Source: Callorhinchus milii (taxonomy: Eukaryota). From it: 64,000 nucleotides of DNA. The notes beneath the pieces are model-generated. The model saw nothing but the letters and a program-made list of their open reading frames with translations. It searched no databases and had not been told where the DNA came from. Below, piece by piece: positions 12,468-26,240 of the stretch. The stretch spans positions 15,068,001-15,132,000 of the forward strand of contig NW_024704743.1 of the NCBI RefSeq assembly GCF_018977255.1, given 5' to 3'. The translations under genes were made by a program, and so were the position numbers. The number at the start of each line of letters is the position of its first letter. Position 1 is the stretch's first letter.

Positions 12468-13330
12468 TGGGGGTTGGATTTGGGAGGGGGAAGGAGTGAG
12501 GGATGGGGTACAGACCAAAGGGGATGGGGTGAGGAGGGTAAGATGACTGAAGGTGGGGTCAAAGACGAAGGTCTTGAAACAGATCTTGAAGGAGGAAAGG
12601 GAGGGACGAGGCAAAGGGACTCTGACATGGAGTTTCAAAGAGTGGTAGCAGAAAGGTTAAAGGCCCATTCACCAATATGAGGGCGGGGGGCAGACCAGGG
12701 ATGTGAAGCAGACCAGTGCCTGCCCCGCACAGGGAGTAGGCATGAGTGCTAGGATATTAGAAGGTCACAAAAGTAGGGTGGGGCAAGTCTGAAGGGATTT
12801 AAAAGTGAGGAGACGATGTTGAACTTGATCCTCTAGGTAGGGGACGATGAGCTATGGAGCTGGGTGAGGAGGGGAAGCAATAGGATCACAGAACCTTGTG
12901 AGGGGAAGAATGCCAACTTCCCAACGCCAAGTTCTGAATAGTCCACAGCTTGAGGGGGGAAAAGTTGGGAAGTCCAGTGAGCAGAGAGTTGCCATAGTTT
13001 TTCTTTGTACATGATAAGAGCATGGATAAGGGTCTCGGCAAGTTGAGGGAGAGGTTGTGGTGGAGGTAGGCAATGTTGCAGAGGTGGGGAGAGCTAAACA
13101 GGTCAGAATACAAACTTGGGGTTTAAAGAACAAATTGAGAGTTGAACAAGATACTGAGGTTCCACACTGGCTCAATGAGGTGGATTGTACATCAGTGTAG
13201 AATGAGCCTATAATGTAGATCAATTCAGCACCTGAAGTGAAAAGCTGCTGATAGGAATCAAGCAGGAGAGCCTTCATCGTGTCGACATTCAAATGGAGAA
13301 AGTTAGCTCTTATCCAGGACTTGATGGGCA
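12468..13330 (-). mobile_element. Older L2 LINE fragment
   Basis: IKSWIRANFLHLNVD motif, and a purine-rich reverse complement of the L2 3' region. Confidence 0.8.
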
Positions 13331-13699
13331 ATCAGTCAGTATTGATGCAATATGTCAAAGTAGTTCTGCCCAGCAGAGAACCAGATTGCATCACTAAGTG
13401 GTATTTCAAGGGAGCTCAAATAGATGACCTAACAAAATACAGTCATTACACTTTACAGAATATCATGTGAAGCACTTTGAGATGTCTCAATTATTATATA
13501 CTTTGTAATCTTACAAGAAAATCACTTTATACCATCTCCTCTGATATTTCATATTGCAATTAATTCTGATACTCATGGGGTCAATGGAAATCTGGATCCC
13601 AGGTTCAATAGAAATTCCCAAACAATCACAATTAGAAATTTTATGCAGATCCCATGAGAATCAATCATAAACGCTTGCAGGTTTGTCGTTGCTTTGAAG

Positions 13700-15060
13700 T
13701 CAAGACTCTTGATCCATCCCTGCTCAATAACTAACATCCCATCTCCAACCTCCCTTTCCTTTCCAAGGTCCTTGAAAGAGTTGTTGCTTCACTCCTTCCT
13801 CTCTTCCACTCCCTTTACGAACCCCTCCAATCGGGATTCCCCACTGCCCTGGTCAAGGTGGCAAATGACATTCTGTCCATCTGTGACTAGGCCATCTGTG
13901 ACCAGCGCTCACAGCGCTCTGTCTCCTCGATCTCTCTGCTGCCTTTGACACTGTGGACCATGCTCTCCTCTCACCTCAACCTTCAAAGTTCTGTCCTTGA
14001 ATGGTTCAGATCCTATCTCTCACATTGGCTCCACTTTGTCTCCACAAATGGCTTCTCCTCCAACCCCCGCCCCAAGTTATGTGGTGTTGTTCAAGGCTCA
14101 GTCCTCTCCTCTTCAACCTGTACATGCTCCCTCTTGGTGACATCATTCGCAGTCATGGGGTCAACTTCCACATGTATACGGATGACACCCAACGCTATCT
14201 CTCTGCCTCAACCCCAGGACCACTGCTATCTTGACAGTCTGCCTGTCGGACATCAAGTCCTGATGAGAGCCAACTTTCTACAGTTGAATGTCAGCAAGAC
14301 CAAGGCTCGCCTGATTGGCTCGTGCCAGCACCTCCACATCTCAGGCACTGGCAGCATCAGCATCCATGGATGCACACTCCATCTTAACAAGCCAGTCAGG
14401 AACCTAGATGTCTTGTTCGACCCTCAACTATCCTGCCATGACCCACTCTGCTTCCCCCACCTTCGCAATATTGCCCAACTCCGCCACTGTCTCACCCCTC
14501 AGGCCACTGAAACCCTCATACATGCCTTCATTACATCCAGGCTCGACTATGCCAACTCCCTGCTTGTCGACTTTTCCAACTCTTCCCTCCACAAACTGTA
14601 GATTATCCAGATCTCTGCAGCTCTTGTCCTCTCTCGCGCCATGGTCCATCACACCCCACCTCGCCCGCCTCCTTTGGCTTCCCATCCTTCGGAGGATCAA
14701 GTTAAAAACTCTCGTCCTCACCTGACTTGCTAACCCCTTATCAACCTGCCGCTCCCTTCGCACAACAGGCTCCAGCCTGCTCCATGTCCCCAGCCTCCAC
14801 ACCATCAGCGGTCAGGCCTTCAGCTTCTCCCCCACCATCTAGAACTCCATCACACATTCCATTCGCCTCACTCCCTTCCCTCCTTCAAAGCATGCCTCAA
14901 GACTCTCCTCTTCGACTGTGCCTTCGGCCACCCTGCTACCCTCTCTGCCCTCTCTGATCCCAACTCCTCCTTGCTCGGGTTCTAATCCCTAACTGTTCAG
15001 TGCTTTACGACATCCTCCCGATATGAAAGGCACTTTACAAATGTAATTTTGTATTGTATT
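13700..15060 (+). mobile_element. L2 LINE fragment (RT to 3' end)
   Basis: [25 protein letters not shown] and ITSRLDYANSLL motifs. Confidence 0.88.
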
Positions 15061-17744
15061 GATCTTGGAAGTTACAAAATAATGGACAGAGATATTTGAA
15101 AAGTCACCATTTTGTGGAGAATGTTTTGATTAAAAAATTCCGGAGGGTCAGAAGAATCCTTCCTTTGCAAAGTAGCAGAGATCTGCTTTGATATAATTAT
15201 TTCCAGCTGTGTCCTGTTGTTATGCAACCATAAATACAAAATCTGGGTAATTAGCACTAGTGCCCTCAGTACAGTCAACGTCACGCTTATTTATCAGTGG
15301 ATGTTCACATGCTTTGTTTTAATTATTTGCATTTATGAAGATAAACAGCTGATGTTATCAATTCAAATTATACTTACTTCCTGTATATGCAAGAAGACGG
15401 TGATAATGATAACTTGCGTTTATGTAGAGTCTTTCACATGAAACAAACAATTTAAAGCCTTTTACAATTTTACAAAATTAAATTAATTAGAAATGAAAGT
15501 GAATGTTGTTATACCAGCAGACGCTGCAGCCCACTTGTGCCAGCAATGAGCGATAAACAATAATGAAATGACTTGCTAATTAATTAGAATTAGATTTATT
15601 TGAGTTGGTAGGAAATAATTCGGATAAACTGTCAGAAAGGCTCCATGATTCTTTGAAATAACAATGGCAGGGCAGTCCTTTTACGTGTATCTTAATTGTA
15701 AGATAGAATGAACATAAATTAAAAACACAATTTAAAAATGGGATGATAATCTGGAAAATAAGAAATTTGTATTTAGCAGAGTATTGTTATGAGGGGAAAC
15801 ATTGATCAAGAGATGTGTTTCAAAAAGAATGTACTACAAAGAAAAGATCTCACCCGTTTAAAAAGACCAATTGGTACATCAACCTCTTTTTCCAACTGAG
15901 CCGTATACAGTAATATAATAGTAACAATAATAATAATCCTTATATTTGATATAGTACTTTTCACTTCAGGAGGACATCCAGAATATACTGTAAAGTGCAA
16001 TGACTGTAACTTTTGTAGGAGAACGTGGCAACCAACTACACATAACAATGCCTTGACGTGAATGACCAATTTTAATTGGGGATTGTAGGCCAGGGAAAAG
16101 CTTGCTTCTCTTTTCAAACAGTGCCATGGGATCTTTAACAGAACAGGCATAAGGGGCCTGAATTGAACATCTCACCCGAAGGAGAAATTAAAAGCAAATC
16201 AAAATTTAAGGAAGGTATATGTATCCACAGTGCCCAATGACAGAAGCATGCCTTCCAAGAAACTGATGTGCCATGCTGTGGTTGAAGGGATGAGCTACCT
16301 CAGTGTACAAATATCAGATTGTGAGGGTGCAGTAAGGGGTAATTAGTAAGACGTGAGTTTGTGTTCACAATGAGGATTCACAGGTGATGTCAGCTAGAGG
16401 GACAGATATTTTTTGTAAAGCTCGCTATGTTTGCTTATCAATCACTTCGCTTATTAATCTAACAGTGTGCGAGAGGCCTGTGCGAGTGCATTGTGTTATT
16501 GCTTCCCTGCTTAAAATCATTGAGTTAAAAAGTTTTATGACTTAGAAGAAGTGTCAACAAAAGGAAGATTGAATGGGGTGTTGAACCTTTGCCATTTGGG
16601 ACCAGGGGTCTCAAGGGGTGTGAAGAAGTGATTGGATGAACCATTCACAAAGACTAAATTGAGGTATACAGGAGGGGTGTTGAGCTAAATTCAAAGAGAG
16701 AGGATTAATAGAGTTGGATTAATACGTGAATTAACAATACATTTTTAAAAACTAAACGGATTAAGGGATATGGGGATAGGGCGGATAAATGAAATTAGGT
16801 TAGAAGATCAGCCATGATTTTATTAAATGGCGGGGCAGGCTCAAGGGGCCAAATGGCCTACTGCTCCTATTTCTTACGTTCTTATGTTCTTAACGCTACT
16901 AACACAACTCCGATTCTTAAACTTTCCCAGAAGAAGTAAAACTGGGTAAGGCCTTCTCTTTTGTGTTTCCCAACAGATCTTTGTGTAGGGAGGCTCAGTG
17001 GTTATTAATGTATAATATTTCATAATTTATTAAAGTTTGGTTAAACTCAATACTGTCAAAGTATTTTGAAAATATTGCCAATATGTTATAATTGTTGTTT
17101 TCGTGTCGCTGTACCAAATTCGGGAAAGTTATTGTTTACTGGTACTTGTTGGAATAAATGAGAATAATTTAAGAGAAATAAAGTGTTGTGTTCTGTGAGA
17201 TCACTCTGACTGGGTTTGTATCGTGATTTTCAGAATGCACCTGGAAGGAGCATGTAACTCATACATAAAGAAAAGAGATAAGAGAACTGTGACAAGATGC
17301 TGTACTATACGCCACTGTCATCCGCTTTTATGAAAGAGTTGTCCCGATTTTACATTAGAATACATCAGAATATACAGCACAGAAACAAGCCATTCGGTCT
17401 ATGCCAGTGTTTATGCTCCACATTTTTGATAATAATGGTTTAATTTTGTTTAATTTGAGCTTTCATTGCTTTGGAAATGACACAGACTGTAAAAGAAAAT
17501 GATTTTAGTACTGAACTATGACAAGGAGTTCAGCAACTAGTGATTTAAGATTGGCACCAAGAGTTTCAATGTTGTACTGGTCCATTTATTGCATGAGCAC
17601 ACTGATCCATCAATGCTGCTTATGTTATGTGTGAAAACCGGCACATGAGCATTCAGGTTTCCAGTCACAAGAATATTAATTACTTATTCAGCATAAACTG
17701 GGTGGTCCTTTTTTTTGGGTGTGGGGGGTACACCAGCGAGGCTA

Positions 17745-18272
17745 CAGAACTCTGCAGCTTGTGTACTGTCCCGCACCAGGCTTCGGGACCACATCACTCC
17801 CACCCTCGCTCACCTCCACTGGCTCCCCATCCCCCAGAGGATCGATTTCAAGATCCTCATCCTCACCTACAAGGCCATTCACGGCCTTGCTCCCTCCTCC
17901 CTCTCCGACCTACTATCCCCCTACCTACCTGCCCGTACCCTCCGTTCCTCTGGCTCCGGTCTGCTCCACATCCCCCGCCCCAACCGCCCTACCATCGGTG
18001 GCCGGGCCTTCAGCCTCTCAGCCCCGAGGCTCTGGAACTCTATCCCCCAGTGCCTTCGCCGCCTCCTCCCTTTCCTCCTTCAAGGCCGGTCTCAAGACCT
18101 TTCTCTTTGACCGTGTCTTCAGCTCCCCTCTCGACTCTCTACCCCCTCCTCGCTCCTTCCCTCCCCCTGACCATTTCCCCCCTGCTCGGGTCCTGACCCA
18201 ACTGTACAGCGCCTTGGGACGTCCTCCTGACGTGAAAGGCGCTCTATAAATGGAATCTTGTTGTTGTTGTTG
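17745..18272 (+). mobile_element. Young L2 LINE 3' end with (GTT)n tail
   Basis: QNSAACVLSRTRLRDHITPTLAHLHWLP; same 3' stem-loop. Confidence 0.92.
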
Positions 18273-18319
18273 TACAGGAGCTCACCACCTCCTGCCTCTC
18301 AGGGCTGGCACCACACACT

Positions 18320-18500
18320 GAGATCCAGAGAGACACACACACAGACGCACCCATTCACAGACCACAGAGAGAAACATACACACCCACGGAGAGAGAGACA
18401 TACACACTCACAGACAAAGAGAGACACACATTCTCACAGAAAGAGACACACACACGTTCATAGACACCGAGATGTACACAAACAGAAGAGACATACACAC
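18320..18500. repeat. Degenerate (CA)/(GA) low-complexity tract
   Basis: acacacagagacacac...; a similar tract lies at 20520-20700. Confidence 0.8.
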
Positions 18501-18504
18501 AAAA

Positions 18505-20520
18505 ATAACAACAAAATTACATTTGTATGGTGCCTTTCAAGTTGGGAGGACGTCCCAAGGTGCTGGACAATCAATATGTTTCAGACCCGAGCTGGGGGTC
18601 GGGATCGGGGAGGGTGGAGGGTGTGGGGGGGAGGAAGGGTGATCGAAGGCACAATCCAAGAGGAGGGTCTTGAGATGGGTCTTGAAGGAGGCAAGGGAGG
18701 GGGCGAGGCGGAGGGACTGTGGGCTGGAATTCCAGAGATTGGGGGCAGAGTGGCAGAAGGCCCTCCCGCCAATAGTGGGGCAAGCGAGGCGGTGGACGTG
18801 AAGCAGGCCGGAACCCGCTGAGCGGAGGGAGTGTGCAGGTTGGGAAGGGATTAGAAGGTCACAGAGGTAGGGGGAGCAAGGCCATAGAGGGTTTTCAAGG
18901 TGAGGACCAGGACTTTGAACTGTACGCTCTGTGCAATGGGAAGCAGAGCGGAACATGGCATGAATGTGGGTTAGAAAGTATAGTTGAGGGTCAAAGAAGA
19001 CGCCAAGGTTCTTAGCTTAGTAAAATGGAGTGTGCATCCTTGGATGGTGATGCAGTCAGTGCCTGACAACTCCCATCCATGACGTGATGTCTGGCAGACA
19101 TTCCGTCAGGACAGAGGAGTCAAGGGTGGAGGCCGAGAGGTAGAGTTGGGTGTCATCAATATACATATGGAAATTGACCCCATGTCTGCGGGTGATGTCA
19201 CCAAGAGGGAGCATGTAGATACTAAAAATGGAGGGACGAAGGACAGAGATCTGAGGAACTCCGCAAGAGACCGTGTGGGGGCTAGAGGAGAAGCCATTTG
19301 TGAAGATGAAGTGGAGACGGTGTGAGCGGTAGGATCTGTACCATTCAAGGACAGAATCATCAAGGTTGAGGTGAAAGGAAAGGTGGTGGAGGAGGATAGA
19401 GTGGTCAACGGTATCAAAGTCAGCAGAAAGGTTTAAATAGTTGAAATTATAATATAAGAATCATTAATATTGATTGTGTAGTGAATAGATGAATTTAGTA
19501 GAATAAATCAAAAATAAAAACTGCCATGTGGTGTGCAACACGCACACACCCACAGTCCTAGTAAAGAAACACCGAGCTAGGCAGGAGTACACTGGAATGC
19601 GACCGATGGCCAGGGAAGATAAGGATAATTGGACCAGGAGAATGGATGGGTGGCCATCTGTGTGGGCAAATGTAGAAAATCAGCAATTAAAAACCAAGAA
19701 AAGTTTGAGACCAGCAGGTCACATGGACCGAGTCAGAAAGTAGGGCAATGAATTACTGAAACTTCAAGGACATGGAGTCAGGCAGTCTGGTCAGGCTAGA
19801 TAAGATGGAATAGGAGGAGTATTGTTCTTTTGCAGAAAGTACCACTAGCTGGTACAAGGAAAAACAACTTGAACATAGGGAAAGAATGCCGGGGCAAAGA
19901 GCAGGGTTTAGGAAAGAAGTCATGAGAAGAAAGAAGATAGAACACAGGTGGCTGGCAAAAAAAAGAGCAGTTACGAGCCTCTGAGGAGAGGAAGGGGACG
20001 AACCTCCATGGAGAGGAAGAAGACCCCCTCTGAGGGAAGAGAGAGAAAGAGGATAAGTCCAGCTCTTGCCGGAGTGGATCGCAAAGAGACAACGTACTAT
20101 GGTTGTCCTCCTGTGCCAGCCTTAGAACCTCGTCACGACTTCCTGCCTGCTCGGTAGTATCTCTCCTACTTACTAAAACACGCACCCAAAATACAAAACA
20201 GTTAGATATTATTTAGGCACATCTCGTATACCACATAATGTTTTTCTTTTATGTTTAGAATTTTAGTATTGAGTGTATCTTGTTAAGATAGTGCTTTAGT
20301 AGGCATTTGAGCACAACGAGTAATGGTAATGCGTCGGGTGTAATGTGATGCTTGCTTTTGTTTTATAATTGCTAATAAAACAGTTTGATGATATCCTTGG
20401 TGTGGTTTCTGACAAACGCTTGAATCCCAATTTCACAAAGGTCAAGGAGGACCAGGAGGCAGGAGGGAGCCCTGGTCGCAGGTTGGCAAAATGTCATTTG
20501 TCACTTCGATCAAAGCAAAT
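18505..20520 (-). mobile_element. L2 LINE fragment(s) split by an LTR-like insertion
   Basis: L2 sequence stops at ~19432 and resumes collinearly at 20438 (compared with the copy near 27850). Confidence 0.8.
19433..20437 (+). mobile_element. Putative solo LTR (~1.0 kb)
   Basis: Flanked by the direct repeat AAGGT (19428-19432 and 20438-20442), ends ...TTTCACA, has AATAAA at 20374 and no credible ORF. The 5' TG is not intact. Confidence 0.7.
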
Positions 20521-21794
20521 ATAGGAGAGACACATGAAGACACAGCTCACATACATACAAAGGAGAGAGTCACACAAACATACTCACACAGAGATACTCA
20601 CAATCACATACAAAGACAGATATACTTACACAGGCTCTCAGAGAGAGAGAGAGAGAGAGACGCAGACACTCACAAACACACAGAGACACAGACAATCACA
20701 ACAGTGGGGCCTCCGAGTGAAGCCCATTTTCTGCTTGTGCTGCACTGGACATGTACATCCAGAGCCACTCCGGCCACAGTGACGTCAGGTAAACAGCCGG
20801 GAGGCCCAGGGGCCAGAAACTTAATTTTTGAAACTTCAGCAGGTTTGCAGGGGAGAGTGTTTATAGCGGGTTCTGTGGAAAAAGTGCGACCACACTTTTC
20901 TATTGGCCCTCAATACTCCTTTACCTTTGAAAGTGCAAGTGCTCACTCACACTATGGATTATTTAATTGTTTCACTTATCCACTGCTCGCAAAATGGGTG
21001 GATATCAACGAGCCTGAGAGAGTATTTTGGAATGGACACTTGTTCAATTATACTTGACACTCTAGGCAAGTTGCATGTTGTTGCTGCTTAGTGATCAAAA
21101 TGACATCAACATGAGTATAGATCCACTGGTACAATATTTGCAAACAACCAGAAGTCAAATTTGTCTAACTGATTATTGATGATATCATTAGGTGAAACGT
21201 ATGGCAATTATTGTGATTTATTGGGAAGTTGTAGGCAAAGTGGGACACTGCTTGTGCAAATTATCTGCACATGTGTCTATAAATACACCGTCAGTACACT
21301 TAACAGTAATTACTGTGAAGAACTTTGAGACATTTTAACTTGATAAAGTGCTCTATAAAATCCAAGATGATTATTACTGTATAAGAATAGTAGCCATCTC
21401 CCACAATCAGCCATGAATCTGCATGGTTTGAACTCACAACTTTCAAACTTGAAGGTGAACGTGCTACTTAACTGAGCAAAGCTGACACAAATAAAAGTAC
21501 ATGACGGTACTATAAATCAGCGTGTGACCAGCGATACGATTTATTGGGAAGTCAAAGTCATAATGTTTAGCTTTGGAAAGTTCTGGATCCTCTTCAATCC
21601 CCAAATAATAAGCTGTTATCAGATGAAAGACAAAGGTGTAACTTTTCCTATTTACTCCCTTTATGTTCAACTTCATATGTAAACTGTCCTACACAAAAAA
21701 CTAGTTATTTTTACAAGCTATAGCAAATTGACTTCCAAATTAGGATAGAAATTAAGAATTTGTAAAAATGTTGGACAAACTGCAATTTTTTCAG

Positions 21795-22220
21795 CCTGGC
21801 CCAGTGCTAGCACTCTCACAATTGAGTCATAAATTGTGGGTTCAAGCCCCACTACAGAACTTGAACTCACATAGTCTAAGCTGACACTCCAATGTAGTGC
21901 TGGTGGGGGAGTGTTCCATTATCAGAGCTGCCTTTCTTCAGATGGGATGTTAAACCGAGGTCCCGTCAGCTTGTTCAGGTGTACGTTAAAGATCCCATTG
22001 CACTATTCAAAAAGAGAATGGAGTCTCTCTCGGTCTCTTGGCCAACAATTCTTTCAAAAAATTCCATGGCTGTTTGTGGGATATTGCTGTGTGCAAATTG
22101 ACTGTCACATTCACCCACAAAAAATACACACACTGCACTTTACAGCAAATCCTGTGAAGCACTTTGGGACATCCTCCTGATATGAAAGACGCTATACCAA
22201 ATGTAAGTATTATTGCTATT
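21795..22220 (+). mobile_element. Older tRNA-SINE resembling the SacSINE1/DeuSINE type
   Basis: ctgagtcagaaggttgtgggttcaagcccca head and gttaaaccgaggtcccgtc...aaagatcccatggcactatt body. Related copies at ~4610(+), 15935(-), 31155(+), 38100(-), 47960(+), 55860(+) and 62590(+). The family name is from recall only. Confidence 0.7.
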
Positions 22221-22579
22221 ATACATAGCCTTTATTTCTGTAAGGAATAACAATGTAACAGATTAACATAATGTGTCTTTGCTTGCTGAAAAAGTATGAT
22301 TTGGAAGCTTGTACAAATGTGTTGGTGCATCCAAAGCTTCAATGCTGAATAGTAGTTTTGAAGTCATGCCAAAGATATGATGGAGTGTCCTTGATTGAAA
22401 CACTTTTATCAGTAATTATTTCTCTTAATTGTTGCCTATCTGTTTCAATATATGGTTAAAACACAAAGCTGCGTTTTGGAACAATTTGAACAGTTGTGAA
22501 GTATAATTTGCTTGTTACTGTAAAGTAGAGCTGATCGTGTGCAGAATGCAAATAAGCTCTGTTTGAATTGTTTGCAACT

Positions 22580-22795
22580 GCAACTTCCTCCCTTTCCTCC
22601 TTCAAGGCGGGTCTCAAGACCTTTCTCTTTGACCGTGCCTTCAGCTCCCCTCTCGACCCCCTCCTCACTCCCTCCCTTCCCTCCCCTCACCCTGATCATT
22701 TCTCCCCTGCTCGGGTCCCAACCCAACTGTCCAGTGCCTTGGGACGTCCTCCCGATGTGAAAGGCGCTCTATAAATGGAATCTTGTTGTTGTTAG
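22580..22795 (+). mobile_element. L2 3' end
   Basis: Same 3' sequence and (GTT)n tail as the 11935 copy. Confidence 0.85.
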
Positions 22796-23169
22796 CTTTG
22801 TTATTTTTACCAAGATGTTTAATATATGATAAAGAAATAAAATGTGCTCACGTATTTTAAACACGCTGAAATGTCAATATGAGATGCAAGATAGGGGAAG
22901 CTTGGTGCGGCTGTTGAGATTAGGGAAACTGCATTGTCACTCTCATATTTGTCACGTATCTTGAATTGAAGGAAACAACGAAGGTACAAAGGCTTGGACA
23001 AGTAGGAGAGAGCAGAGCCACTTTTGCCACAATCATTGAAGCAGACCCCTACCTGAAGTTCAAGCAAGAAGAGAAGCTATCTCATCTACAGAAATTACAA
23101 ATTGAAGAATTCAATGCTCACTATGGGTGCTCTCAAACTACAGTAACTCAATGCTAATTACCAGCTCTC

Positions 23170-24350
23170 TTAACAACAACTTGTATTTATATAGTGCCCC
23201 TCCCACAGGGTAGCGGCCCAGAGCGCTTATCAGTAGCAGAGCACTACTCCAAGCCAGCGAGAGGGGGAAGTGACTGTAGGCACGGTCGAATAGGAAGGTC
23301 TTCAGGCGCAACCTGAAAATGGGGAAGGAAAGGGTAAAGGTGAGAGATAGAGGAAGAATGCTCCAGAGTTTCGAGGCATAGTGGTTGAAAGTGAGGCCAC
23401 CAATGGTGGAAAGGAGGGCACAAGGGACATGCAGAAGGCTGGAGCCGGTCCAGCAGAGGCAGTGGGATGTGGGTTAGGGGGTAAGCAAGTCGGAGAGGTA
23501 GGGAGATGCCAGAGCATGAAGGGATTTGAAAATGAATGCGGATCTTGAATCGGCCCATTGGTTGATGGGGAGCCAGTGGAGCTTGGCTAGAACTGGTGTG
23601 TTGGAGGTACAGAGTTTAGTACGGGTGAGTGTGCGGGTAGCGCAGTTTTGGATCAGTTGGATCCTCTGCATGGTGGAGTTGGGGAGAACGGCAAAGAAGG
23701 CATTTGAGAAGTCCAGTCAGGAGATGACAAAAGCATGGACGAGTGTTTCAGGTAAGGTACGGCGGAGGCAGGCAATGTGGCGGAGGTGGAGGAAGGAGGT
23801 CCTGGTTAGGGACCAGATTGGGAGAAGGAAGGACAGCTGTGAGTCGAATCCGATGCCAAGCTGTGCACTGGTTCGGTAAGTCTGAGTTATAAGCTGGGGA
23901 GGTTGAGGAGGTCAGAGCTGCAGGATAGAAGACGTTGACGGGAGCCAATGATATGGCCTCTGTCTTGTCAACATTAAGTTGTAGGAAGTTCTCACTCATC
24001 CAGGCCCTGATGTCCGCCAGACAAGGTGAGAGAATATCGGCGGACCTGGAGTCGCAGCTGGAGGAGAAGTAGATTTGTGTGTCATCCACGTACATGTGGA
24101 AGTTTATCTCAAATCTGCGAATAACATCGCCAAGAGGGAGCATATGGATAACAAAGGGGAGGGGGTCAAGGATGGAACCCTATGGTACATCACAGGTGAC
24201 TGGGCGGAGGTGGGAGGAGAAACTGTTTGAGGAGATAAAGTGAAGCCATTTTGTTAAGTAGGACTTGAACCAGGATAGTTTGGTCCCACTGAGGTGGATG
24301 AGGGAGGAGAGGCGGTGGATGAAAATGACGTCGTTGACTGTCTCAAAACA
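23170..24350 (-). mobile_element. L2 LINE fragment
   Basis: FHMYVDDTQIY and WMSENFLQLNVDKTEA motifs. Confidence 0.87.
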
Positions 24351-26240
24351 CAAACCCGGATGCTCGAGGCAGATGGCAGAAATCCGAGCTCACGATTCAC
24401 CGCCAGCTGTGGCTCAAGGACCTTCTCACCCACCGCCTCTCCCTTTCAAAGGCCAAAACTGACTTTTACTCCAAAGTCATCCTGGAGGCAAACAACAATC
24501 CAAAGATGCTGTTTTCCACTGTCCATCACGTTCTCCGTGCAGCCCCTCAAGCTCCCTCTATCCTCACATCAAACGCCAAGTGCGAAGAGGTCCTAGACTT
24601 GTTTGCCTCAAAAATTTAAAACATTCACTTGGCTGCATCGTCCTCCCCGCCATGTCCCCTTCCACCCCTCCCAGACCATCCACACCACCTTCTCCCTCCA
24701 CCATGGCTCCTGCCACTCCCCCCTCCTTACACTCCGTTGCCCCCATTTCTCCCTCCTCCCTCTCATCCACAATCACCCAGATTAAGTTCACCACCTGTTC
24801 CTCTACCCCCTCCCCACCCAGCTGCTGGTCACTTAACTCCCCCTTCTTTCCCCCTTGTTGGCCGACACAGTCAACTAGTCTCTCTCCTCAGGCTCTGTTC
24901 CACTCCCCCTGAAAATCGCTGTCATCACACCCCTCCTCAAAAACCCATCCTCGATCCCTCTAATCTCGCACACTACCCAACCTACCCTTCCTTGCCAAAG
25001 TCCTGGAACATATTGTTGCAGGTCAACTTTGGTCACACCTCTCCCTCCATTCCCTCCTCGAGGCCCTGCAGTCTGGTTTTTGCCCCACCCGCAGCACAGA
25101 GACAGTGCTTGTCAAAGTCACAAATGACATTTTCTCTATCTGTGACCAGGGCTCCCTCTGCCTCCAGGTCCTCTTGGATCTCTCTGCTGCGTCCGACACA
25201 GTCGACCACGCCATCCTCCTCCATTGGCTCTCCTCCCTCATCTACCTTAGTGGGACCGCACACACATGGTTTGAGTCCTAATTAACCAACCACCTCCATT
25301 TCATCTCAGCAAATGGTTTCTCCTCCCGCCCCCACCCAGTCACCTGCGGGGTTCCCCAGGGCTCCATCCTTGGACCTCTTCTTTTCCTAATCTATATGCT
25401 CCCTCTGGGCGATGTCATCCGCAGACACGGGGTAAACTTCCACATGTATGCGGATGACACACAAATCTCCTCTAGTACCAACTCCAGGTCCCCCAATGCT
25501 CTATCAGCTTGTCTGACAGACATCAAGGCCTGGATGAGTGTAAACTTCCTGCCCTGCAGCTGAATATGAACAAGACGGAAGCCATACTCCTTGGCTCCCA
25601 ACAACGTCTTCACTCCTGCGGTCTAAATTCCTCAACCTCCCTGGGCTCTCCCTCAGACTCACTGAACCAGTGCACAACCTAGGCATCCAACCCCCAATTG
25701 TCCTTCCTCCGCCACATCCAGACCCTGACCAGGACCGCCACATTGCCCGCCTCTGACAATACCTTACCTGAAATGCAGCCGAAACTCTTGTTTGTCACCT
25801 CCCACTTGGATTACTCCAACGCACTTCTCGCCGGTATCCTCAGCTCCACCATTCACAAGGTCTAACTCATTCAAAACTCTGCTGCCCGCATACTTACCTG
25901 GACCAAACTCCATGCCCAGATCTCACCAGTTCTCGCCAGGCTCCACTGGCTCCCAATCACCGAATGGATTGACTTCAAGATTCTCACTCTCGTGTTCAAA
26001 TCCATTCATTTCCTGGCACCTGCCTACGTCTCTGACCTCCGCACTCCCCAATCCACCGCCCAGCGCCTCCACTCGACTGGCACCAGCCTCCTGTTTGTGC
26101 CTCACATCCTCTACCCCACCATCGGAGGCCGTGCTTTCAGCCACTATGCCCCAAAATGCTGGAACACTCTCCCTCAATCCTTCCACCTTTCCCCCCCTCT
26201 CTCCTCTTTCAAGTACTGCCTGAAGATTTTCCTGTTCAAT
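24350..26240 (+). mobile_element. L2 LINE fragment (RT)
   Basis: [13 protein letters not shown] and HMYADDTQ readable at 25348-25465. Confidence 0.87.
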
